Shown: piece by piece, positions 1-10,431 of the stretch
Layout: every line of letters starts with the position of its first letter
Numbering within the stretch: the first letter of the stretch is position 1
Assembly: GCA_000388065.2 (NCBI GenBank)
Contig: KB932219.1
DNA length: 29,739 nt
Strand: one strand, 5' to 3'
Source of the DNA: Fonticula alba ATCC 38817
Lineage: Eukaryota; Protista; Nucleariida
The notes under the pieces: model-generated
The model's input: the letters and a program-made list of their open reading frames with translations, nothing else
Database searches by the model: none
Told to the model about the DNA's origin: nothing
Program-made: the position numbers and the translations under genes

Positions 1-77
1 CATCGGCATCGGCATCGGCATCGGCATCGGCATCGGCATCGACATCAGCATCGGCATCGACATCAGCATCGGCATCA
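1..77. repeat. Degenerate hexamer microsatellite (CATCGG)n with CATCGA/CATCAG variants
   Basis: Directly visible: six perfect CATCGG units from base 1, followed by variant units. Confidence 0.95.
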
Positions 78-117
78 ACAGCAATATCAGCACCACCACC
101 GCCACCACCCACATAAA

Positions 118-155
118 CATCAACAACAAAAAACATCAACAACAACAGCAACAAT

Positions 156-186
<31 letters not shown>

Positions 187-190
187 GCAA
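118..190. repeat. (AAC)n trinucleotide microsatellite
   Basis: Directly visible run of AAC/CAA units with occasional AGC/AAT interruptions. Confidence 0.95.
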
Positions 191-979
191 GAATGGCACA
201 ACATCGGGCGCCCATCATCAGCCAGGGAAGGAAGGCCCCCCGTCGGTGGCCACCGCCTCGGGCCGGGGCCAAAGGGCGTCCCTTCGGGGCAGAAAGGAGA
301 GGCCCCCCGGCCGCCGGCCAAGAGAACCTTCACATGTGTGCCGGCGGCCGGGAAGCCGGCCCGCACATCGTCCCGGGAGCCGGGCAAAAGGGGAGCGTGT
401 CTTTCCCGATGAAGACTACGGGATTCCTGGCGTGTTTCACGCATGCATGCCGCACGGGGGCTCTCGCCGGGGGCAGCGGCGCCGCGATGTTCGCCGGTTG
501 CGTCGGCGGCCGCCACCGACGCCGGCGCCGGCACGGGCGCATCTGCCCCCGGCCAGGAGGCAGGGTTCAGCCCTGTGCCAACGTACACCACGACCCTGGC
601 AGGGCACCGCAAGAATCCCGCGCCAGCACGCAATTCCCAGCATCGGGCAGCAAGGGCCCCCCGGCGCGCGCCGCACGTCTGGTCTGCATTTTCAGATGCG
701 CAACTTCGCCCGCGTGGGAAGCCCTCCCCAGCCGGCCCGGGGGGGGGGACAGACATTCCTGTCGGGCGCATTCCGGCTGCCCATCCCCCGAGGGCTCAGG
801 CGGGGCCGGGCGGCACGGTATCCCCAGCGGGATCTGCTGACCCCCGGGCTTCCGGCGGCATGTGACCCTCGGAGGCTCCGCCCCCAGCCCTGCCGAGCAG
901 GGGGGGGGGACGCGGCGGCCGAGCGGCTTGCGCCCGCCGGGCGGCGGACCATCCGGCCGCAGGGGTGCCCCCCCCCCCC

Positions 980-989
980 NNNNNNNNNN
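980..989. other. Assembly gap (10 N, probably a placeholder of unknown size)
   Basis: N run flanked by a poly-C tract on the left and by sequence near-identical to 7609 onward on the right. Confidence 0.95.
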
Positions 990-3710
990 CTCCGGCACCA
1001 GCAGGAACCCCGGCCGCTGGCCAGCCGGCGCCAGAACCGGCACCAGCTGCCCGCACGGCAGGTCCGCCAGGAGGACCTCCCCCGGCAGGGCCGGCAGGCT
1101 GGCCACGTCGAAAGCCTGGAAAGGGTACCAGAGCAGCTGGCACCGGCGGTCGGTGGTCGCCGCCCGGGCGAACTCCACCGGCTGCGGCAGGGCGCTCAGC
1201 ACCACCATGGTCTCGATGCCGAAGTCGTTGTCCATGGCCGCCCACTGCACGGACACCAGCGTGTCATTGGTGCGCCGCCGTCCGCCCAGGTGGGCCGGGT
1301 GGAGGGACGGCCTGTCGGCCCCCGGCCGGGACGCCTGGCCGGCCACCCGTCCCAGGGTCAGGTGATGGGGCTCCTGGTCGAAGTTTTTCCACACCGTCTG
1401 GCACTGGCCGGCCGCATTGTCCCGGCCGCAGAGGCTCACCTCGCTGCTGTCCAGGCTGATGGGGATCTTTTGGTCATACTTGGCCACAGGGTGGCGAGTG
1501 GGCACGGCGAAGGGCTCCTCCACGACATGGTACCCACCGCGCAGGCGGTCCTCGCGAAAGGTCACCGAACCCCTGTGCCAGTTGGATTCGAAGAAGGACA
1601 CCCCCTCGAGCGTGGGGACAGCGCTGAATTCCATCACCGTGCGCAACACGCCCTCGGCCATGCTTTCTCTTATTTCCCCCTCGCTGGGCAGCCAGAAGGG
1701 CAGGGCCGCGGTCAGCATATGGCTCGGAGTGGCGAAGGCCCCCCCCCGAAGGGCCTCGTAGAAGACCCCGCCCGAAGGGGGCACCAGCGTGGCCTGGACC
1801 TCGGCGCCGGGTGACTGGACACAGGCCCCCTGCTGAAGGGTGTGTCTTGTGGGGCAGGAGGTGCACCCGCCGGGCCCGGGGCCGGCGCACGTCTGGCAGG
1901 ATGCATCGCACTCCTGGCAGGCGCCTGTGTATGCGCGTGGCAGGGGAGACCGGAGAAGAAAGCCGGGGGCGGGGCAGGCGGCGTGTGCGCGTGAGTGTGT
2001 GCGTGAGAGAAAGAGAGATAGAGAGAGAGAGAGAGAGAGACAGAGAGGGAGCACGCATGTGGCGGGCCAAATAGCCCATGGGCCCGGCATCGTTGGTCGG
2101 GGCGCCGTGCCAGCATGCATGTCCACATTTGCACGGCCCCGGAGGGGGGGGGGGGGGGTTGCATGAGTAAGTGGGCCAGGTGCGGGCGCCCGCATGGTTG
2201 GCCACATGCAGGGGACATGGCCACCCGCCGGAGGGAGAAGGGAAAGGGACGGTCAGCAAACGGTCAAGAGTGCGTGGCACCAGTGACGGCAGCAGCGCCC
2301 CAAACCGGAGCCGCCGCCGCCGCCGCCGCCGCCCGGTCGCAGATCCGCACGCACCACCATCAGGGCGGAAGTATCCCTCGCGGCAGAACTCGCACGGGGC
2401 GAAGTCCGTGCCCGGGTCCACATTCGGGTCCAGACACTGGCAGGTGGGCGGCTCGAAGAAGCCCCCATGGAGGCAGCGGGCGCCCGGGCCGCACAGGCAG
2501 TTCGGCGAGGCGGCCACCTGCGACAGGAGCAGCACCTGGCCGCCCATGGACCCGTGGGCCAGGGCCACGTCCAGATGGCCATCCCCGTCGAAGTCCCCGG
2601 TGGCCACCGACCACCAGACGTCCGAGTGGGTGGGGAAGTCCGGCAACAGGCCGGCCCCGTGGGCCTCCAGCAGGCCGAGGTCCGATGGCCGGCCGCCGGC
2701 CGGCCGCACCGGCCCCGGCACCAGCCACACCCGGCTGCCGTGGGCCACCAGCAGGCTGTCATGGCCCGGGGCCGCGAGCCCGGGCGCGCGGGCGATCTTC
2801 GGCTGCCGCTGGTCCACGGCCACCGAGGCCAAAGCCAAATCATCAACGACCATGTCGGCCAGCAGCAGGTGCACCGGGGCCGCCAGGTCCGACGTCAGCA
2901 GGAGGATCACCTGCTCCGGGGCGGTGGACCCGGCGCCGGACACCACGGCCACGTCCGAGGCACGGCCGTCGCCGTCGAAGTCCCCGACGACCATTTGCCC
3001 GGCGCGGAAGCCGGCCGGCAGCTGGTACAGCAGCGACGTGTCGGCCAGCTGGCCGAAGCCGCTCTGCGGCCGGCCGACATTGCTCAGCCAGAAGAGGGAC
3101 TGCGCGCTGGACGTCTGGACGAAGGACATGCTGGCCACCAGCACGGCGTCCACCTGGCCGTCGGCGTCCAGGTCGGTGGCCGTCAGCAGACGATGATCCA
3201 TCAGGCCGAAGGTGTCCGACAGGATGGCGTTGGAGAAGGGCGTGACCGGCCGGAGGTGCACCTTCCCGGAGTCCAGGTACATGAGCATCGGGTCGACGCG
3301 CGGCGGGGAGGCCTGATCGAAGACCAACACCTGGCTATGCCCACTGAGGACCATGCGCAGCATGAGATCGTCATTGAGCATGATGCCCAAACCGTCGCTG
3401 ACCACCAGCGACGAGAAGGTGGTCGAAAAGGCGCCCACTTGTCCCTTGAAGAGGGGCGCCCCGCGGTAGCCGTCAGGCGCGAAGGGGTACCCATGGAAGC
3501 AGCTGAGGTCTCGCACGCCGCCGGACATGAAGCGTACCGGGCGCGTGCCGGAGAAGTCCCCCCGGCGCTTGCCCTCGGGCGCGGTGCGCACCGTGAAGTG
3601 CGTCTGCAGATAGGCGATGTCGTCGAAGCCATCCGGCCCGCCGACTGTCAGCCGCCTCTGGTTGAAGAAGTCGCAGAGGGCAATGTTCTCCGTCTGCAGG
3701 GGGGACTGCG
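990..3710 (-). CDS. Copy 2 of FG-GAP/EGF/furin-repeat surface-protein module, partial at both ends (exons 2355-3710 and 990-1924)
   Basis: Translation is paralogous to 7609-10300. It has DLDADGQVDAVLV, GDFDGDGRASDVAVV and GDFDGDGHLDVALA motifs, an EGF/laminin-like CLCGPGARC...CQC...CEFC segment and a furin-like CQECDASCQTCAGPGPGGCTSC repeat. A phase-1 intron joins the two ORF-track frames (1474..8853 and 567..2207). Both ends run into N-gaps, so no start, TM or stop is seen. Confidence 0.85.
1925..2354 (-). other. Spliceosomal intron (430 nt, phase 1) in module copy 2
   Basis: Donor G|GTGCGT at 2354 and acceptor CACAG|GC at 1925. Splicing gives ...YFRPDG-G-ACQEC in frame. Same position and phase as intron 8559-8954. 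Confidence 0.85.
2005..2050. repeat. (GA)n microsatellite inside intron
   Basis: Directly visible GA dinucleotide run. Confidence 0.95.
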
Positions 3711-4590
3711 NNNNNNNNNNNNNNNNNNNNNNNNNNNNNNNNNNNNNNNNNNNNNNNNNNNNNNNNNNNNNNNNNNNNNNNNNNNNNNNNNNNNNNNNNN
3801 NNNNNNNNNNNNNNNNNNNNNNNNNNNNNNNNNNNNNNNNNNNNNNNNNNNNNNNNNNNNNNNNNNNNNNNNNNNNNNNNNNNNNNNNNNNNNNNNNNNN
3901 NNNNNNNNNNNNNNNNNNNNNNNNNNNNNNNNNNNNNNNNNNNNNNNNNNNNNNNNNNNNNNNNNNNNNNNNNNNNNNNNNNNNNNNNNNNNNNNNNNNN
4001 NNNNNNNNNNNNNNNNNNNNNNNNNNNNNNNNNNNNNNNNNNNNNNNNNNNNNNNNNNNNNNNNNNNNNNNNNNNNNNNNNNNNNNNNNNNNNNNNNNNN
4101 NNNNNNNNNNNNNNNNNNNNNNNNNNNNNNNNNNNNNNNNNNNNNNNNNNNNNNNNNNNNNNNNNNNNNNNNNNNNNNNNNNNNNNNNNNNNNNNNNNNN
4201 NNNNNNNNNNNNNNNNNNNNNNNNNNNNNNNNNNNNNNNNNNNNNNNNNNNNNNNNNNNNNNNNNNNNNNNNNNNNNNNNNNNNNNNNNNNNNNNNNNNN
4301 NNNNNNNNNNNNNNNNNNNNNNNNNNNNNNNNNNNNNNNNNNNNNNNNNNNNNNNNNNNNNNNNNNNNNNNNNNNNNNNNNNNNNNNNNNNNNNNNNNNN
4401 NNNNNNNNNNNNNNNNNNNNNNNNNNNNNNNNNNNNNNNNNNNNNNNNNNNNNNNNNNNNNNNNNNNNNNNNNNNNNNNNNNNNNNNNNNNNNNNNNNNN
4501 NNNNNNNNNNNNNNNNNNNNNNNNNNNNNNNNNNNNNNNNNNNNNNNNNNNNNNNNNNNNNNNNNNNNNNNNNNNNNNNNNNNNNNNNNN
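3711..4590. other. Assembly gap (880 N) between the two module copies
   Basis: N run. Confidence 0.99.
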
Positions 4591-7500
4591 GCCGGCCTGG
4601 AGCAGGCGCCCGGCCGGGCAGCCGGCGCACAGCCCCGGCCGGGTGGCCGAGCAGGCCGCACAGCTGCCATGGCAGGCCTCGCACCGGGGCGGCGAGATGG
4701 CCCGGCCGGTGGCCTCGTCCGCCACCGGGAGCAGCCCCGGCTGGCAGACGCACGCCGACAGGGCGGCCTGCATGCCGACCGGGCAAATGCAGTCCACGGC
4801 GCCCGGCCCGGCCGGCACCGCGTGCTCAACGCACTGGCACTCGTCGGTCGCCGGGTTGATGAAGCGCCCAGCCCCGGGGCAGGCGCACCGGCCGGCCACC
4901 GGGTCGAACTCGGCCCTGGGCGGGCACCAGGCCTCGGTCTGGTCGGCCCGGCCGTACACCGTGAGGCTGGCCTCGCGGCCGTCGGCCGACCGGTCCACCA
5001 CCACCACGTCCATGTGGCCGTCCTGGTCGACGTCGGCCACCAGGATGTCCGGCGGCGGGGGGAGGCTGCCGCCGGTGGCGGCCGCCACCCGGCCCGGAAG
5101 GATGACCACCCGGCGGAAGGACTCCCGGGTGTTGTCCTGCGCCATGTAGGCCACCACCCGGCCGGAGGCCCGGTAATGCAGCACATAGTCCATCAGCAGG
5201 TCGCCATCCAGGTCGTGCGCCTGCAGGAAGGCGTCCTCCTCGATGGGGTCACGCTCGAGGACGACCATGGGGCAGCCATAGCCATTGCGGGTGCCACTGC
5301 CGGCGGCGGTGCCCCGGCCGAGGGCCGGCTCCGCGCCAGCCGCCTGGAACATCGTCGAGCAGACACGCTGCAAGAGACACTCAAAGCCCATGAGCACGAC
5401 ACTGTCCGGTTGGCCGTCATTACGCAGGAGGCCCAGCTCGATGGTCTCATCGTCAGGCATATAGGTGACGCTGGTGCTGGTGATGTGCCGGTCGTCCGGG
5501 TCCAGCAGCCACATGCAGGAGCCGCCATTCAGGGCCAGAAGAATGCCCGGCCTGTCGGCCGGCAGCCCGGGAGCCAGGTCGCTGGCGGCCTCCAAATGCA
5601 GGGCCTCAAAGGTGATACTGATGACCATGCTGGGAGCGATGTACAGGCGCCGTGGCAGGGCTTCCTGCCCGGAGAAGGGCAAATGCGCCGAGACCCATGT
5701 GCATTTGCCGAAACTCACCGGCAGCGCGCCCAACAGCAAGGGGATGGTCAGGATGACGCGCTGCCACTCTTCCGGCGGTGCCCCGGCCGGCACGCGCACC
5801 AGCCGAATGGAATTGTTGAAGATCCCGCTGGACATGGTGGCAGGCTCGAAGAAGAGCTCCTCCGCCGGGTACCCCAAGGGCAGGGCATTCACGGCACACA
5901 GGCTCATGAGGTCGACAATCGTCTCGGCGGACAGGACATTGATGAAACCGACCATGCGGATGTGCGAGAGAATGGCCATCGGCTGGCCACCGATGTCGCA
6001 GAGGAAACTCGGCGGCGGCGAGCCTACCCCCAAGTCGGGGAGCGGCCCAGCCTCAATGGTCAGGAGCATCGGCGTGAGCCCGTCCACGTGGCTGAGAACT
6101 TGCTTGGTCAGCCCGGGCGGGTAGGGGCCCGGGGTGGGCGCCCAGTCCGGGCCCCACGCCCCGGAGGGGGGCGCCTGCTTCAGGTCCTCGAACCAGGGCA
6201 GCGGCAGGGCCCGCGGCAGGGCCGGCAACAGAACCGTCGGCACCAGGTCCCAGGTGAGCCCCGGCGTCGAGGCCGAGTGGCTGGCCGAGTGGCTGGCCGA
6301 CGGCCCGGCCCGGAGGGCCGCCCCCGGGGCCGAGCCACCCATGCCCAGAGCCAGCCCCAGCGGCCCGGGGGTCTGGTGGCCGGAGACGCCGACACCGGCG
6401 GCGGCGGAGGCGGAGGCGGAGGCAGTGCACAGGCCCCACATGGTGGCCATGGCGTCGGCCAGCCGAAGGGCCCGGGTCTCGGACGGCCGGGCATCCGGCA
6501 GCAGTTGCGCCGCCGACACCAGCCACTCCTCGGACTGGCCATCCTCCGGCCGGGTGCGCGACAGGTGCAGGAACTGCCCGGCGGCCAGCATCGGCGCCGC
6601 GTGGCCCTCGGACGAGTGCATCACCCGCAGCGGGGCCACCTGCCGGGCTTCCATGCTGGCCCAGGCCGGGTGCAGGGGGATGTGCAGGGCCGGGACCCAG
6701 CCGTCGGCCAGGTCGGGCGTCTGGCACTGGCGCCCGGCCAGCACCGGCGCATCCGGCGCGTCGCACCAGGCCGCGCACCGGCCGGACTCGGTCAGCACCA
6801 GCCCCGGCTGGCACTCGTCGCACCGGAGCTCCAGACACACCAGGCACCCGGCAAAGGGGCAGGCCATGCAGGTGGAGGCGCCGGACGAGCTGCCGGCCGG
6901 CCCGGGCCCGGACCCGGACTCCGGCTCGCATGCCACGCACAGCCCATGGCGCGGATCGGCCGCCGGCATGCCCCGGCCTTCGGTGCACTGGCACAGGTCG
7001 GCCGTGCGCAGGTTGGTCGGCCGGAAGGTGCCCTCGTTGCTGGCCGTGGAGGGGGCCCCCGGCTCCGGCGGCAGGGACTGCGAGGAGACGAGCTCCCCGC
7101 CCCAGGCGCCGGGCGGGGTGCAGTGCCCGACCATGCCGCAGCCGCAGCCATTGGTCGGGCTGCCCTGCTGGAAGAGGGTCCCAGCCATGCTGGCCGGGTT
7201 GATCAGGACCACGGCCGAGTGCTGGTCCTCGGGATTGACACTCAGCGCCAGCATGATGATCGGCCCGCCGTGGAAGAAGGAGAGGGAATCCCACGGGACG
7301 GCCGGCTGGTGGTCCACGCGGACCGTGTGGCTGCGCCGGCCGGGCTCCCCGCCGGCGGCCCCGTCAAAGTGCACATCCACCACGTGCAGCCAGCTGCCGG
7401 TCCAGAGGAAGACCCGCGCCCGGCCCGGGGCCATGAGCAGCGGGTCGGAGGCGGCCACCAGCGGCCCGGGGACCGGGGCCCCCGGCGCGTGGCCCAGATC

Positions 7501-10431
7501 CCCCATGGTCAGCACCGGCACCGGGGGCAGGAGGTCCGGCCGGTGCCGGGCCCCGGTGGCCACATTCCGCAGGAGCAGCATCACGGCCCCGGTGCCGGGG
7601 TCGGGCCGCTCCGGCACCAGCAGGAACCCCGGCCGCTGGCCGGCCGGCGCCAGAACCGGCACCAGCTGCCCGCACGGCAGGTCCGCCAGGAGGACCTCCC
7701 CCGGCAGGGCCGACAGGTGGAACGAGTCAATCGGCTGGAAGGGGTACCAGAGCAGCTGGCACCGGCGGCCGGTGGCCGCCGCCCGGGCGAACTCCACCGG
7801 CTGCGACAGGGTGCTCAGCACCACCATGGTCTCGATGCCGAAGTCGTTGTCCATGGCCGCCCAGTGCACGGACACCAGCGTGCTGTTGGTGATCAGCCGA
7901 GCGCCAAAGTAGGTCCCGCGGACGACCCGCACCACGGCATCCGGGCTGGACGCCTCGCCGACCACCCGGCCCAGGCTCATGAAATCCAAGCCCATGCCGA
8001 AATGCTGCTGCAGCCTGGAGCACCGGCCGGCGGAGTTGGCCTCGGCGCAGGTCATCAAATCCCCGCCGCCATAGATCGTGGCGATCTTTTCGTTGTACTT
8101 GACCAGCGTCTGGCAGGAGATGTTGCCGAAGGGCTGCCCCTTGGCCAGGTACCACCCCCGGAGGGGGTCCTCCTGGAAGGACACCCGCCCGACCAGCGAG
8201 TGCCCGGAGAACAGATGCACCTCCTCCGGCGCGGGGGAGGTATCGAAATGGATGTTGGAACGCAGGTTGCCCTCGGCCATGGTAGTGTGGATCCCATCCG
8301 GCACATGCTCCCACGCGGGCCAGGCCAGGGTGACGCTCAGGTCGAAAAGCGGGAACGGCTCCACGGGGATGGCCTCATACAGCACCCCATCCGAGGGGGG
8401 CACCAGCCTGGCGATGACCTCCGGCCCGGCCGACCCGGCGCATGTGCCGCCCTGCAGGAGGGCCCCGCCGGGGCAGGAGGTGCAGTCCCCGGGCCCGGCG
8501 CCCGTGCAGGAGGCACACGACGCGTGGCAAGCCCGGCAGCTTGGGGCGGCATTTTCCCCTGCACGTGTCCCATGGACGAGGCGTGGCAGGGGCATCGGGC
8601 GTGGCCGCGTGGGCATATGTGGGGGAGGCGCGCGCGCGCGCGCGGCCGTGGGGCGCATGTCCACCGGCGTGGGGGCAGGGGCGAGCGCCGGGCCGATGTG
8701 CGTTCGCACATGCGCACGCAGCCGGGGGACACGGGGAGAGGATGCACGCATGCCGGCGAGGCGCACCCCGGCGTCGAGGGCAGATGCCCACAGGCGGGCG
8801 CGCATCATAACCAACGTCACAGGAAACCCGGGGGCAGGGGGGGGGGGGAGCATATTCCGGTGTCAGGAGCCGATTCCCGGCCGGGAGCACGGGCAGCCCC
8901 GGCCCCGGGAAGAAGGGCAAGCCCCGCACGTGTGGGCCGGGCACTTGTACGCACCATTGTCATTGAAGAAGCCCGGCCGGCAGAACTCGCACGGGGCGAA
9001 GTCCGTGCCCGGGTCCACATTCGGGTCCAGACACTGGCAGGTGGGCTGCTCGAAGAAGCCCCCATGGAGGCAGCGGGCGCCCGGGCCGCACAGGCAGTTC
9101 GGCGAGGCGGCCACCTGCGACAGGAGCAGCACCTGCCCGCCCATGGACCCGTGGGCCAGGGCCACGTCCAGATGGCCATCCCCGTCGAAGTCCCCGGTGG
9201 CCACCGACCACCAGACGTCCGAGTGGGTGGGGAAGTCCGGCAGCAGGCCGGCCCCGTGGGCCTCCAGCAGGCCGAGGTCCGATGGCCGGCCGCCGGCCGG
9301 CCGCACCGGCCCCGGCACCAGCCACACCCGGCTGCCGTGGGCCACCAGCAGGCTGTCACGGCCCGGGGCCGCGAGCCCGGGCGCGCGGGCGATCTTCGGC
9401 TGCCGCTGGTCCACGGCCACCGAGGCCAGGGCCAAATCACCAACGACCATGTCGGCCAGCAGCAGGTGCACCGGGGCCGCCAGGTCCGACGTCAGCAGGA
9501 AGATCACCTGCTCCGGGGCGGTGGACCCGGCGCCGGACACCACGGCCAGGTCCGAGGCGCGGCCGTCGCCGTCGAAGTCGCCGACGACAATTTTCCCGGC
9601 GCGGAAGCCGGCCGGCAGCCGGTACAGCAGCGACAGGTCCGGCAGGCCGCCGGCGCTGGTAAAGGACCGGCCGATGTTGGACAGCCAGTAGACCGACTGC
9701 GGGCCGGTCGGGTGGAGGGCATCCGAGGCGGCCACCAGCACCGCGTCCACCAGGCCGTCGGCGTCCAGGTCGGTGGCCGTCAGCAACTTCTGGCCCACCA
9801 AGCCGATGTTCACAAAATGCTTGTCCGGCAAGTCGACCACCGGCAGCATCAGTCCCAGCTCATCGTGGTGGATGCTGGCCACGAACGGCTGGATGCGCGG
9901 GGGGGACGCCTGGTCGAAGACCAAGATGGGGCTCTGCCCTTGCATGTTGATGCTGAACAAAATGTCCCGATTGAGCAGGAAGATCTCGGAGCTCGTGGCC
10001 ACGGCCGACGCGAAGACCATCGGGATGTTGGACACAAGTCCCGCATAGAGGGGCCAGGCCCCGGGCCCGGCCGACACGAAGGGGTACCCATACAGGCAGG
10101 TGGGCTGGCGCAAATCGCCGGCGATGAAGCGCACCGGGCGCGCGCCGGAGAAGTCCCCCCGGCGCTTGCCCCCGGGCGCCGTCTTGACCGAGTAGTGGGA
10201 CCACGAGTAAAAGAGGTCGTCAAAGCCATCCGCCATGCCAGTCATCTGGTACCGCTGGGTGAAGAAGTCGCAAAAGACAATGTCCGCCTGCCGGGTCGGG
10301 GACAGCTCGCTGCCAAGCAGCCAGACCGTGTGGAAGCTCGGCGCGGCGCCGGCCACGGGCCGCAAGGCCGACAGCAGGACCAGCACCAGGAGGGCCAATG
10401 GCCAGCACCGACCGCCGGGGTGCCCCGACAT
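4591..10431 (-). CDS. Large secreted or cell-surface protein with FG-GAP/VCBS-like repeats, EGF/laminin-like and furin-like Cys-rich repeats (module copy 1; exons 8955-10431 and 4591-8558; 3' end lost in gap)
   Basis: ATG at 10431 gives signal peptide MSGHPGGRCWPLALLVLVLLSALRPVAGA. At least five DxDxDG-type motifs (DLDADGLVD, GDFDGDGRASD, GDFDGDGHLD, DLDGDLLMD, DVDQDGHMD), furin-like CHASCASCTGAGPGDCTSC and CHGSCAACSATRPGLCAGC, and EGF-like C-x-C chains near 4700-4930. No frameshift over about 5.4 kb of exon. The ectodomain type matches the receptor TKL kinases elsewhere in the window, but no TM or kinase is visible. Confidence 0.88.
8559..8954 (-). other. Spliceosomal intron (396 nt, phase 1) in module copy 1
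   Basis: Donor G|GTGCGT at 8954 and acceptor GTGCAG|GG at 8559. Splicing gives FFNDN-G-ENAAPSCRAC in frame. Confidence 0.88.

Noticed and set aside
1-840. Plus frame 1 open from base 1 (HR/HQ/T-rich) as the end of a gene
   Set aside because: The open frame is explained by microsatellites and GC content; there is no recognisable domain.
136-979. Possible 3' end (TM or kinase) of the module gene left of the 10-N gap
   Set aside because: None of the three minus frames shows a hydrophobic helix, Cys repeats or kinase motifs; the gap size is unknown.
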